Below, piece after piece: positions 27,601-41,581 of a DNA stretch of 64,000 bases (position 1 is the stretch's first letter; every line of letters starts with the position of its first letter). The translations under genes and the position numbers were made by a program. This DNA comes from Hamiltosporidium tvaerminnensis FI-OER-3-3. Lineage: Eukaryota > Fungi > Microsporidia. The notes beneath the pieces were generated by a model, which worked only from the letters and a program-made list of their open reading frames with translations, had not been told where the DNA came from and did no database searches. The DNA lies in assembly GCA_022605425.2 (NCBI GenBank), contig JAKIMF020000011.1, forward strand, positions 310,001-374,000. The letters run 5' to 3'.

Positions 27601-29121
27601 ATTTACCATGATATACTCAAAAGAAAGTCAAAAATTCAAGAAACATTACTTCAATAGTCACAAAATATTTTGTTAATCGTTAAATACTAATTTGACAATT
27701 TCTCAATATTAAAATGGGATAATTAATAATTTATTATAATTTCATCCAATACCAGGAAATATCTAATCGATACATAAAAATCTATTGACATGGTTTGTTT
27801 TTAACTTTATTTTATTTTTGACGGCTATAAAGCAAAACCAAGAATGATTTCCGATAGGAAAATCTTTACCTATTAATACCTTCCTTGTCAATATCAGACA
27901 CTCAGATTTTTGATGATCATAAGCAATGATGGCGTACAAAAATGAGAATAAGGAAGCAAATTTTCTTTCTAAAAAGGTTAAATTGTGCCAAAAAGTTATA
28001 AATAAGTAATAAATCCAAAGATTCAAAATAGTATATAAACTCAGAGGAACTAATTCCTGAACAAAAATTTTTTTGACTGAGGGGTTTCCGCTTCTATAAG
28101 AATTTAAAGAGATCATAGATGATATAATATATATTTTCTTGTAAAAATATACGAGTTATGTGAACATTATATGTTTTGAAAAAATTGGAAGATATTCGCA
28201 CAATAAATTTATTTATTTCATAATAATCCAATTGTTAGGACTATTTTTTTGTGTTAATCTGAAAAAAATTACAGTTTTATTTTTTTCTAGAAAGAACAAA
28301 ATAGCTAAATTATTAAAGTAAATGTTTTATTATCAACTTTATATGATTCATTTGAGTTTAAAAAGTTTATTTCTTTTAATGTCTGAAAATTTTATATTAA
28401 TCCTTAATTCTTGTAAATAATAAATTATTTTCTGTAAAGAGTAAATTTATTTATTTATTTTGTATTTGCAGATTTTTAATGTGATTTAAGTGACTCACCC
28501 GCGAATAACAACTTTGTCATTAAAATTTAATTCCACTTTTAGAATTGTTTTTTTGCTTTTAAAATTAAATCACAACTTTTTTTATAGAAATCATACTGAA
28601 TATAAATTATTCAATTATTAATGCTTTTTTAGATTCCATATTAGTAATTTTACACCGTGAATATTCTTTAAATGATTTATTATCGAACCCAAAAGTAGGT
28701 ATATATAGAAAAAATCAACTGGGTAATAAAATATACGGCTTCTTTCAACGAAATAATTTAAGAACAATAGAATTAATTGTTTTTTACAATTATATAATCT
28801 AGAAATAATATTTGCTATGCAATAAAAAAATTTACCGTTTTTTGAAATATATTAACCCAAATTAAATGAAATTTTAATTTAATTTAAAAATAAACAAATA
28901 TAATAACAATCTTTTAATGACTAAAACCTTATGAAGACTATTTTTTTACATAAAAATATCTAGAAAATGAGCTTCACAAATATCTGGCCTGATATTATGC
29001 AAGTAATAATCAAGGTAGATAAATCGAGTCATTATGAATTATATATTTAATTGAGAAATAATTTTGAATCTAAAAATATCATAAAAATTGAATAAAGAAA
29101 AATAATTATATAAATCGAAAC

Positions 29122-31747
29122 TTATGTACCGCGGATTTTTACGTCATTGAAGGTATCTATATCTTCGGGATAATATTTAGAATCAATAAGAGTAATTTTT
29201 TGTAAAAAAGTAAAATAAGATATTCCATAGTTTGTAAAAACATTTTTCTCTAAATGGCATCCTTGAAGTTCAAGATTTTTCAATGAAGACATTCTCATCA
29301 TACAATGATAAATTTCGCTTGTAAAAAATGAAGCAACCAAAATCAATGTTTCTAAATTTTTAAGTCTTAAGGAACCATACTCTTTTAAGACATATGAAAA
29401 TATTTCACTTTGAAAACAAACAGTTAAATGATCAAGATTTATAAATTGTTCAAGTGCAAATATATCTGATTTGCTTAGTATATTTCTAGCTAAATTTATT
29501 TTTCTCAGAGATACCGCTGGGTGCATAACAGAAAGATATTCCATAAAACCTGATTCGAGATTACAATTTGATAGATTTATTCTTTCTAAGCAATCAAACT
29601 GATTAAGGCAACGAATGTAATTTTTTGACAATTTGTTATTCGATAAATCAAGATCTTTCAAATGACTTTTAAATTGAAAATTAAAAAAAAACTGCAGTAA
29701 CCTCATTATTTTTGTTCGAGGAAGTTTTAAAGATTCAGGTTTTTTAAAATTCTTTAATAATAAAAATATATCGTTAAACGAAGAATTATTTGATAAAGAT
29801 ATGATTCTTGTACTCGAATATAATGATTCAAGCCTCAACACTCGAATTAAATCGCCTAAATGCTCTAGATTTTCCAAAAACAATATTTCGGCTTCGATAT
29901 TAACTGAAAAAAAACTTACGAGTTTCCTGTGGAACCTAATCTTCGAAAAATCTAAATAATAAAAAGATTTCTTTAAATTTCTGTAATGTTCAAAAATATG
30001 AAATATTCTACACTTAGTTCCTCTCATGCTTAAGATTTTCAAAGAATGTGTTGAAATCATTACTCTCATTACCTTATAATTTAGACTGGAATAATCTATC
30101 CTCAAACTTTTCAAAGCTTTCATTTGCATATTTGGAAAATTGGAAATTTTTCCTATGGATTATCAACAAGAAAGATCTAAAATCTCTATGTAAGTGAAAA
30201 ATAGATTATTTAGAAAGCCAGATCTTGAAAATGACCCAACAATTCGTAAGATCTTTAATTTTGGAAACATTAATGCTAATTTACGAAGGAAATCTCCATA
30301 GTTTATGAAGTCGCATTTCACTATACTAGAAGATTCTAATTTTCGAAATTTACTGAAAAGATCAACATCTTCTGTTAATAGATCTAATCTTTTAATTTCT
30401 ATAGATTTTAACGTATTTATTTTCATAGATTCGATGTTTCCAAAAAGAGAACAAAAGCTTGTTTGCATTTTATGGATGACAGGGTTATTTAGAATAAATT
30501 TACACACAAAATCCGTAGAGACACATTCGGTATAATACTTATCACCATTAGAAATCTTTATTCCAGTTATTTCATAAGACCTAACCAAAAAACCTAATAG
30601 TTCTATTTTCCCGTTAGAATCATCTTTTTGCATGTAATTAAGAGCTTCGGGTGTGATTCGAATTATTGTATCATCAGTAAAATTCATTTCATAATTAAAA
30701 GATTCCCTGTTTTGTTCTTTCGTAATGAACGTTAATTCTTTTGTATTTGAATTAAAAAATATATCGACCTTATCATAAAGTACAGCTAAGAATGGCAAGA
30801 ACAATTTTACATGCCTCAAATATTCAGAATTCGTCATATTTAATAAATTAAAGCAAGTTTCATCTATTATGTATAAACATAAATACGGAAATAAATTTTT
30901 ATATAAAATATAGAGGGCATCAGTATTTGAGTAACAGTTAAGATCGTTGAGAAATTCAATTAGATCTATATATTCATTATTATACAAATCATCAATTTGC
31001 GACTCAAACCCATAATATAAAATATCTATGCATTTTTTGACCCAAAAACAATCAATATTACTTTTGTGATATCTTTAATATTAATATTAGTTTCATGAAG
31101 CTTTGATCTGTTTAAAATATCAAAACAGCGTGACCTAATTATAAAAATATTCGAATAATCGATAGTAATAGAATCCATGGTTCTTTTAAATGGCCTACTT
31201 TGTGTGGTTTTCAAATGGCCGTAATTTTTAATCCTTTCATTCATTACTTCGAAACTAGATTTTTCAACATTGATTTAATCTAAATCTCCACCCCGATTAG
31301 ATTTAACATTGGTATGAAAATATTTAGGTGTAATATTTGTTGTATTTTCTGAATCTATATTCAATCTCGGTTTTTTACTTCTTATGCTATATTCTTTTGA
31401 TTGATTGGGTTCAAGGTATCGATTTTTATTTAGCCTAATGAATAATTATCTGGTTCAATGAATGTTGTTTCAGTCTGAAGTATTCTTTTTCTACCAATAA
31501 GATTATTAAGATCATTGGAATCGTATGGATTTATCCTAGAATCAAATAATCGATCTATACTGTTGAAAAATATATTGATGCGAATACAATTATTTATTCC
31601 AAAAAATACAAAAAGAAAAAACGAGCACAGTATGTTTTTCACAGCAGTGTAGTGATTAGATGACTTAACAAACATGCTATAGAGTATTTGAAGATTTTTT
31701 TTACTCGGTGAAATTCTAAATAATTGTCCCGATTGATTCTGATACAT
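29122..31747 (-). pseudogene. Disrupted leucine-rich-repeat protein (lineage-expanded family)
   Basis: Four collinear ORFs (31430-31747, 31026-31244, 30163-30987, 29122-30129). Canonical LRRs HLKDLDLSNNKLS, CLERINLSNCNL, SLRKINLARNIL and SLKNLELQGCHL. Hydrophobic ILCSFFLFVFFGINNC near the N-terminus and CCC before ATG 31747. The last two ORFs are in frame, separated by TGA-TAA. Confidence 0.85.
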
Positions 31748-32293
31748 GTGAAGGGCGTTCTATATTGGTATATATATCTTTGATATCAGTAATAAAGAAA
31801 GAAATAAAGATATCAAAGATTAAAAGCTTTTTTTGATTAAAATAGTAAAATATTTTTGAATATAAACGATTTATGATTGGAATATCTTTATAATTTAATA
31901 ATTAACCTAAAAAGGTAACTCGATGATATTCATCATCTAAAATAAAATAGAAAAAACGGCAATTTAAAGCTTTTCGAAATATATTCACCATGTTATTTAT
32001 GACCCAGACTGATGGAAAAAGCACTTCTTCTTCTATTTATAACAATTCTTTTTTATTTGAAAGAAAAGCAATTACTCTCATTCAAGAATTAGTACTGATA
32101 CCTCTTTATATGATTTCACGGTAATTCAATTTTTCTAAAATATCTTTGGCATGAGATTTTGCTAAATACTGATAACGGGATGTTTTTTGGAATACATAAA
32201 CCGTATTTCTTTTTCTATGCTGTAAAAATATGATAAAATGGTAAATATTAATTCAAAGATTCTAATAAATATTTGTGTTTCTATCGTCTAATA

Positions 32294-32790
32294 CAGAGGT
32301 TTCCAAACTTTTTGACTCGCGGTCAATAACTTATTACTTTTTATGCTACCATACTGAAAAATATTTCAGCAATTTCCATTGTTAAAATTTTTAAATCAAA
32401 TTTTTAAAGTTTCATATAGATGTTCATAAAAACAAAATATGTACATTAAAGGTATTTATTTCTAAAAATAGACAAGTAAATTACTGGAATTTATAAGAGT
32501 CTTCCTGTCACGCATTTCAACGGCGTTCATAAATTTGTTAGAGGTTTTATTTCCACTGTCCGCTTTCACCTATATGTGCGAAGAAACATAATCTGAACTG
32601 AAATATTAAAAAATATTTACAGATCTAAATTAAAAGATAAGCGTTTGAAGTCTTTACTAGTAGTTTCTACTAGTAAGTTAACCCAAAATTAAAAAAATTA
32701 TCACTGAAAAGCCCAACTACATCAAGCTCATTAGTAATAATTGTGGCATCTATTTTTTTGTCATTTCATTTTAATTTTTTTGAATAAAAT
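32294..32790 (+). mobile_element. Internally deleted hAT (Buster/Charlie-type) transposon relic
   Basis: Left TIR CAGAGGTTTCCAAACTTTTT...CGCGG at 32294, preceded by the 8-mer GTCTAATA (NNNTANNN pattern). 32480-32734 translates with frameshifts to LLEFYKSLP.THF...HKFVRGFIS...TYMCEET*S.LKY...YRSKLKDKRLKSLLVVSTSKL...QLHQAH*, the hAT C-terminal dimerisation domain. No right TIR found. Confidence 0.8.
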
Positions 32791-32909
32791 ATTAAAAAAA
32801 TGAAGAAAACGCTATGAATATTCTTCGTACTACGAATCCAGGCCTAAATTATCTATTATTGCAATTCCATTTGTATGATTTATCTATATTATTTTGTTTT
32901 AATAAATAA

Positions 32910-35900
32910 ATGGGTAGAAAGAAAAATGTTAGCAGCGAAATATCAAAAATATTAAAATAAAGGCTGCAAAAGCTTCTAATGAGGCGAAGAAAAGTGATAG
33001 TGGCAAACAAAATGTGAGCTAAACCCACCGGCGATTTCCCTACCTTCCTCCTCCTACACAACAATAACACATCCACCACCAAGCCAAACATGCAGTTATG
33101 CAAATTAGTGGGCTTGACACCTTACCTTCGCCTAATACACCACTTCCCTCTTCGGTTGAAGTCTCTGCGTGCGAGCCATCGTACGACATGACAAATCCTG
33201 TACTCTAGATATGCCAGACAGTAGCAGGCTAATGGCGTTGCAGACGATATTCGATTCCGTAACAGCCAACCCGATCGAATGGCCTCGAATTGTTTTTTTT
33301 GCAATACAGACAAGATTTGAAAGAATGTCAAGAAATGGCTGGACAGAGCTTCACAGGTACTATAATAAGAAATTCGGCTACGCTTACTCTCGAAGTGTTA
33401 AAAAAAATTGGCACAAAGTGAGATGGAAAGGAAGAAAAATCAGAAGAGAATAAAGAGCGACATAGAATCGCCAGTTTTCTCGCTGATACATGCACCCTGA
33501 CTGACACCACGGAGTACATAAACCTGATAGATAAATTTTTGAGTAAAATCAAAGAAATCACGGAAAAGGAAATTTGAACAGTGGTGGTCCCAACTAGAAA
33601 AATTCCAAATGAATTGGTTGAAAGTAAAGTCCTATGATTTCATTAATCACGTAGTCGGTGAATATGCAGGAGCTCATGTACCTGAGTCAATTACGGAAGC
33701 CGCGTATATCATGCAAGCTGCGCAGGTATGCTATGACGAGGCAACACGTAAAGAAGCGCCTAGATCTGCTTGGAAGGAAAACATAGAAAGATAAAATTTC
33801 TAAGTTAGTACTTTCCAAATATCTTCTCGAGAAGGCTCGTAACAAGAAAAGCTCGCCACTTGTGAAACGAAGAGCCTTAAGAAAATCATGCGAGAGTTTA
33901 ATTTAAACTTGAGCAGCGTAACTGATCTTTCTGAGGCTTTAGTTAAGAAGAATGAGTCTTTGAATGAATACGAGAAAAAGATTACGATGCATGAAAGTAG
34001 GAAGCAATTCCGAAAAGAGAATCGTATGTTTGAGCTTGTCTGAGGTCGAATTTATCGAGGGTTATCTAAGCGTGTGAAATCCGAGCATGTTGTTAGCCGT
34101 GATGAAATTTTGAGTTTTTGGTCTACAATGTGGAACAAAAATGATGACACAGTCACGTATGATGATTATTTTTTCAATTTGTATCGGAAAATCATATTAC
34201 CACGTTTCCCTTACTTGATAAATATGAAAATATCATTAATTTGCTCCCTAATTGGAAAGCTGCTGGAATTGATGGTATTTATAATTTTTTCATTCAGAAA
34301 CTTACAACTCTTCACAAATATATTTATGATATTGTGAAAGTTATATGTTTAGAAAGAACACCTCAAGCTGATTGGTTTTACTGCGAGCTTACGTATTTGA
34401 TACCGAAAGGAATTCCATGAAGAGGCTCTGACTACAGGCCAATCACTTGTAAGTTCAAAATCTATAAGTTAACGAAAAAGTGTGTGACGAAAGTCGTTCA
34501 ACTTTAAGTGGAAAGGCGAGGGTTGCTTGCGGAGAACCAGCTGGGAGCAGTTATAAGTATGCAAGGAGCGAAAGAGCATGCTCTACTTAATATTGCCCCA
34601 AAATAAAGAGTACGGAAACAATCTTAAGGTAACATGGATTGATGTTAAAAAAGCTTATGATCTAATAGAACATGCTGATTTAACTCAATGCATTGAAAAC
34701 CTAAATTTACCTGATTGGATTATGAAATTTATTAAGGTAATTATATCAAAATGGAATATTGATATATCAGAAGGGCCTGAAAAAATCATGAGCAAGAAGA
34801 TTGATAGATGGATTCTGCAAGGAGAAGGTTTGTCACATTTGTTATTTGTGTTGTGTATGGATCCATTAAGCCGAAAGCTTAATGAAAAATACACAAAAAT
34901 GACGGTACAAACAGATGCAGAATCCCATTCTACCAATCATCTCTTGTTTATTGATGATCTAAAGCTCCTTGCAAAAGACAGTTCCACATTGAGTGCTATG
35001 ACAGGCGAGGCAAAGGAATTTTTAGAGGTGATTGGCTTAGAGATTAACAAAGAGAAGTCAGCCACAAATGATACGTGTTGTGAAGATTCTGCTACTCTTC
35101 TAGAAGGTGTTAGTGTTTACAAATATTTAGGAATAATAGAAGATAGCAGAGGAATCCCAACACGTAGCTCATTTGAAGAAGTACAGAGCAAACTTATATC
35201 AAGAGTTGAAAGACTTTTTCACACTAGATTAAATGCAAAAAAATTATTTAATGCAATCAATCAACATGCGATATCGTTAATCAACTATCACATAGGAGTA
35301 CTTCGACTTGAACCGGCTGACTTATCTAATTAGATGATGCAGTGCGTGCGGTGTTGGTATAGAATAAGATACATCTTTGCCCAGAATGTAAAGAGCGTTT
35401 GTATCTTCCTAGAACAGAACTTGGAAGATGCCTGCGCAGAGTTTGTTGCGAAGCGAACATATGCGTCCTCAACTATTGGATTGTCTGGAAAAAAATAAAG
35501 AAATATCGACTAGAAGAGCAGCAATCCTCAAGGTGGAGAAGAATATTAAAACCCATCTTGCACTAATGTAAGGCTTCTTAAAAGTAAAGTAAAGGTTAGT
35601 AGACGAAGTCACAAAGAAAAGTTTAGAAGAAGCTCAACTTGCAAAATTATATAACGAAATAGAAAGACGAAAACTTCATTCAAAGTTATATAATGCAAGA
35701 AAAAATGAGCTTGTGAGTGTTAGTGACTCTTCAAGATGGTTAAAGAGAGGAAATATTAGGCCACGAAATGAAGCTGTGTTCTGCTATATCCAGGATAGAA
35801 ATGTATTCTGGGGAGCAGATGGTGTGTGTCAACATTGCGGGAAGTCTGGTAAGACTGTAGATCATCTAGCAACTAGATGTGAAAAAATGCTAGGCCATGA

Positions 35901-36705
35901 CTGCACGAGACAGCATCATGAAGTGGTTAAATGCCTATACTTACTTCTTCTAAATAGATAGTAGTTTAAGTCTTCAAAACGAATTAGGAGTTACTCAGTT
36001 CAAGAAATTCTTGATAATGAGTATCCAGAGATAAGATTTGACACCAGAATAGAAACTGATGTTAAAATTCGGAAAACAGACGGACATGTTTGTTTTAGAT
36101 ACGAAGAAGAATAAGATAACACTTATTGAACTATTAACTCTTCCCGAGATTCACTTCGGGTGTATGAAACTTAAAAACCTCAGGAAGTATGACCTGCTAG
36201 CTAATTAGTTAAGTCTTATTTATAAGCGTAGTGTTGAATAATCTCGTAAGTGATGACCTGGGACGGTATAGCGACAAAACTCTATAAGTAACCTTTTAAA
36301 AGACTAGAAATACTTATGAATATACAGGCATACATTCTGTCTATAGTACTTAAGAAGACAGTCGAAACATTTTCCTTTGATCGACGAAGAGGACTTGAGT
36401 CAGGACTAAATGCCGAAGAGAGCTGGTAGAGAGCGTCAATGGGTGTTATTATGAGATCAGAGATACACGAGGAACCAACACACCTTCTTTAAAAGAAGAG
36501 AAGAGAGAGGATGATGGTGCAAAAAAATTAAACCAAAAAATAATACATCCTTATTTAACAAGGAGGAACCACTTTAGAGGAACCAAACAATAACGTAAAT
36601 GAAAAGGCGGAATTGGGATAAGAGACAGAAGTGGTTAATGAGGTAGAAGAAAACATGTAAAAAATGGTCAAAATATTTCAAAACATAATTTTATTAAATA
36701 AATAT
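32910..36705 (+). mobile_element. Near full-length RLE-type non-LTR retrotransposon, inactivated (copy 2)
   Basis: Paralogue of 16500-20275 (offset ~16.43 kb). ATG 32910 (MGRKKN), RT ORF 34578-35333 with LLFIDDLKL and YKYLG, CCHC ORF 35713-35961, and the same endonuclease region. Confidence 0.92.
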
Positions 36706-39700
36706 ATTTTTGAAATTCGATGCGTTTAATTATTAGAATTACTATACTTGCCTTTTATTAGTAAAAAAATCAATCTTTTTTTAACATTCATTTGGCTTAC
36801 ACTTTAGACTTTGATTTAATATTTTTATTTATCTGAATATTATTAAATCAAAGATATAACAATAAAAACATTTTAACACAAACAATAAATCTAAATCATT
36901 TAAATTGCTTTTCAAAATTTACCTTTAAATCTTATGATATGAAAGTAATTGGGGAAAGGATTTAATAATATCTAAACTTTAATTTTATTAGTTCATCGTT
37001 ATGTAACTAACTTAGAATTCAATACAAATCATCTATTAAAACATGAAAATCATTTTTGTAAAACGATCCAAATTATATCTGATTTTAGTCGAACCTGCTC
37101 TATTATTGACTACTTTATTGGGTTTTCGGATTTTTTATAATATTTTTGTATCTTAAAATTGTTAGATTCAAATCTTTTTTGTTTAATTAAACCTTCATAG
37201 CTAAATAGCTTTTAGATGCTTGATATAACATTCTTGAATTTATGTATTTGTGCAAGTCAAGGCAAATATTAAGCATCAATATTGTTGATATAGTTTAGAA
37301 AGAAATAAATTTTTGTATTTTCCGTATCTTTGTATAAAGTCATAAACTCAGGAACCTAAGAAGAATACAATTAGAGCGTAGTATATAGAGGTGCTGAATA
37401 ATATTGATTAAATCGAGACATAAGTATATATTATATCAAATTTCGAATAATAGAAGATATATATTAAACATAATTCAAGAGAAGATAAATAGATAGAATA
37501 AACTTAGAGATTGATCTTCACAATTAAGTAGCTATAAATATTTATATTTGCTTTTATTAATAAGTTTAGAAATGATAATTTATAGCGATAAATAGGAATA
37601 TTGGAATTATAAAATAAATCTAAACGCATATGTCATTCCAAGTAGTGTTCAAATATGTCTTTATATATAAACTCGCTGTTTTAATAAATATTAAAAAAAC
37701 AATTGAGGCAAAATAGGCAAGTAACTCTAGTTTATAAATTATAATACGCAGTACATCCACTAGAGTACGAAATTGTTCACGTCAGAACAGATAGCTAAAT
37801 CTTTATATCAGAAAAATGATATAAATCATTAAAAAACATATTTTTTAGTCAAAAATAAGGATCATAAGACTCATGCAGTGTTTAACCACACATGTAAGTA
37901 CTATTTTTTTAAAGTAAAATAAGATCTCATAATGATGATTGGCTAGAATAACATTGATTTAAAATGCAAGGAATGAAAGAAAAAATCACTTTGTATAAAA
38001 GACATTTTATGGTTTAAAAAAATAAAATATACTTGCCAGAGACTAGTACAGTTAGTAATTGCAAATATTTTTAATTTTCTAAGATTTTTAGAACTACCAT
38101 TTTTCTTTTTTCAGTTACAAAAATATTTTAATTCGTAAGGTTATTTTTTCGAATGAGCAAGAAATAAAATGTTAGAATGTTCGATATATCCTTGATATAC
38201 TCGCGAATATGTGATGTTGAATGAAATATAGCAGCCAAATGCATTTTTATAGATTTTAAAAAGCTTTTTTGATTAATGAATACTTGCCAGAAATGTACGT
38301 TGGAGTTATAAATTTTAATAATAAAACGACTTCACGTACAATTATGGATCTTTGAATTTTCAGACTTGTCATGCTTGCAAGTATAATGAGGTGATTTGAA
38401 GAGATAAGGTGTAATCTAATATAGGCACATTATGTTGAAATTTAAAATTCAGATTTGATATATCATAGAAATTTGAATTAAATCTAACAATCAAAAAGCT
38501 ATTTGCATTATACATCTTAGATAAATGAAAATTTAAATCATTGCATTAAATATAAAGCTATTACAGCAAATGATTTTGAAATATCTAATTTGTTTACCAA
38601 ATATAGAATGGATGTATTTATATCTCCGATAGGGATTTAAGTCAACGTAAAATATCTTATCGCAAATAATTTTATCATAAACATCTTACTCAGACGATTT
38701 TTGACGATATAAAAGATTTTGAAAACCCTTAAATATATAATTAAAGCCAGGCACTCGCGCTTTATTTTCTGACACTGTAAGTAGTTAGAATAAAAACTAT
38801 TCAGTCCTAAAAACCTCAGAATCTAGTAAAACCGACTAGATTTACTAAAGAGCGAAGTTGTCGGTGATTCGAATATGTCATTTCATCATAAAAAAATCCC
38901 AGTATTATTCACGAATATTGCCACAAGATCTAAACACATTCAAAACCTTGCGTACACATGAAGTTAATTATCTATTTCATTCTTATACCAATTTAAATTA
39001 AGTTTACTTGAAATTTGCAGACAAAAACCTTCCTGAGAAAAGAACAAGTTTTCATGACATTCAACAGTAATCGAAGCACAAAATGTCTGAAATTCAATGT
39101 CTATATAGACCGCTAAATTAAAATTTCTTTTCTCAAAGTCGATATGATTCTTAGATGAAAAGATAGTAATGGGTTGAATGTGACGTAGAGAGGCCAAAGA
39201 ATTTAAATTACGAAATCTGCTTTGTAGTGCTTACGGATATTAAATTTAAACAGCGAAAAAGGCTCACGATAAGAAGGCATATCTATGTACAGGATTTAAT
39301 TTATTTTTAGTTTTAAAAAATGCAAGTTAAAATCCAAGAGACTACCGTTTAAACTTACACTTTTCAATTGAGTCTCAATATTTAACCAGAAAATAATCAT
39401 ATTTCTGCAAAGCAAAAAAAAGCCATTAGCATCAAATGATGAATATAAATTGCTTTAGAACTAAAATTTACTACAGACCAAAAAAATAGCTGAGAAAGAG
39501 AAATTTAGGTATAAGTAATGTAATAGAAAAGTTTACACAAGAAATTTGTAAAATATCTTCCAATGAAACAAATGTTATACTACAATCAAATTATCTGCAG
39601 AAAATTCAAAAAAAAAAACGTTTTTAAGAGTTTTCATAAGATCTAATTTATTTTAAAACAAGATACCAAATACAAATAAATTGCTTTTAATATTTATTTT

Positions 39701-41581
39701 AAATCTACATTATAAAAATACTTTAAGCTTTCATTTTTAAAAAACTTTGCAAATTATTTGTAGATCATGTGTCAATTTCTAGTTTAATATCTTATATTAC
39801 CTCTTAACCAAGTATTTTAAAATAATTATGAAATTTAAAGTGGCTGCAATCGAATAGCTTACACACAAAGGTTTTAGTACGCAAAAATGAAATCAAAACA
39901 ATGTTTTTTTGAACCAGCATTATATTCGACTACAACTATAAAACGGTTATAATACGCATAATAGATTTGCAGAAAACGTCACGACACGCCAGAAGAACAA
40001 CAATTTCTCATCAAAAAAAACACTATGTATTAAAGCATGAAACTGTGGAGGAATTAAATATAAATGAATTACCCGCCAACAAAAAAACATCAAGTTGGTG
40101 TCAAAAAGAACTTGAAATTTATTTTGAGATATCAAAATAGTGTTGATCGATTGTCTATATATTTCAATTCAGGTGAATCTAGTTTCATTTGAAAAACATC
40201 TGATGATCTTTTTTAAATATGTTTCATTTATGAAAAAGGATTATTTTAATACAATTTCTAGGAAAATTATTTTACGAAATCATATTTTTATTTATTATGA
40301 GCCTTTAAATTTCTTGTTTTTCTACGCGGCGGTCTTCATTAGTTTTTATTTTGGTTGTCCAATATATTTTCTTTTCATTTTTTTGTATCAAAGTTGAAAA
40401 TAAATCAATTTCGATATTTCATTGTTTAAAAATATATTACTTTAACAATGGTATAATTGAAATTAAAATGCATTATTCTGCTGCTTAAAGTTTTCATAAA
40501 ATTTCATAATCTTCTTTTTTAACTAAGAGATAAAGATTTGTGAATGTAATTGCCAAGAAATTATTCAGAAGTTGAAGTATATATAGTTTTATTTTCTCTT
40601 CCTTATATTATAAAGCAAACCTAGTCGGTTGAATCTTAACTTTTCAAAATTTGCAGCATTAATTAAACTCTGTTTTGATTATTAAGATTTCCAGTTAACG
40701 AAAACCTTTTAAAATTACGAAGGATCGGGTGTGTATCCTAAAAATATCACACAGTCCTTACTTACAGTTCGCTATTTTGAAAAATGAATATTTGATATTT
40801 GATATTTGCTTCATTAAATTTATTTTAGATTAGATCATTCTTCTATTTTATGAGTGTGTCTATAGAAAATGGAAAATCTTTTGTCTATGATTTTCCATTA
40901 CTTAAAATGTAAAATTTGTGCACTGATTTCTTATTTTTTTTAAAAAATAGAATAAATTCGTATAATAATATAATTTGCTAGTCAATAGTTAGGTCATTGT
41001 AAAATAAATGTAAATAAGTAAGGCTGATAATATAAATATTAAGATATTTGTTTAAAAATAAAACAAATTAATTTGTTTGCTTTTTATGTTATTGGTAAAA
41101 AGTCTCGTTTTAGGCTAGAATATAAGAATTTTATAAGATAATATGAATTTGTTCTATTTTTACAAAAGAATCTTTTCGATTTCTTGGGTTTTGATTATTT
41201 TGGAAATTTAGTATCTAACTTCCAATACTTTAACGATATTTCATTTGAGGTTTTAAAAATAGAATAAATGATATGATTTTAATATTACTATTCTTAGCTA
41301 TATTATTACCATATAGCGGAATTTATAAATTTAATTAATATTTTGGAATTAATTGCATCCGCCTATTAAACTAGGCATTTAAGAAAATATTTTCATATTC
41401 TACTTTTTAAATGAATAAACCTGCAATTTAATTTAATTGAATTATTTTGGTTGTAATTTATCAATTTTTCTACAAATTTATTAATTTATTTAAGTCATTC
41501 CAATATTTCCTTTTTTAATGATCATTTTTTTGGTTTTTTTTGTCATATTTTTTTTCAAAAAAGTAAAGAAAGGTAATTACA

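Noticed and set aside
30130-30170. Tiny intron rescuing the TGA-TAA in the LRR gene
   Set aside because: The only nearby GT..AG is 15 nt, lacks a GTAAGT-type donor, and its removal creates another TGA.
16500-36705. Stop-codon reassignment explaining the many in-frame TAA/TAG
   Set aside because: Intact genes terminate with TAA, TAG and TGA. The interrupted ORFs also contain frameshifts, and the stops fall at positions expected to encode different amino acids.
37850-40400. Additional LRR-family pseudogene(s); similarly 24850-25800, 26650-27350 and 47400-48600
   Set aside because: Composition hints at decayed coding sequence, but I could not establish a consistent strand, frame or motif by eye.
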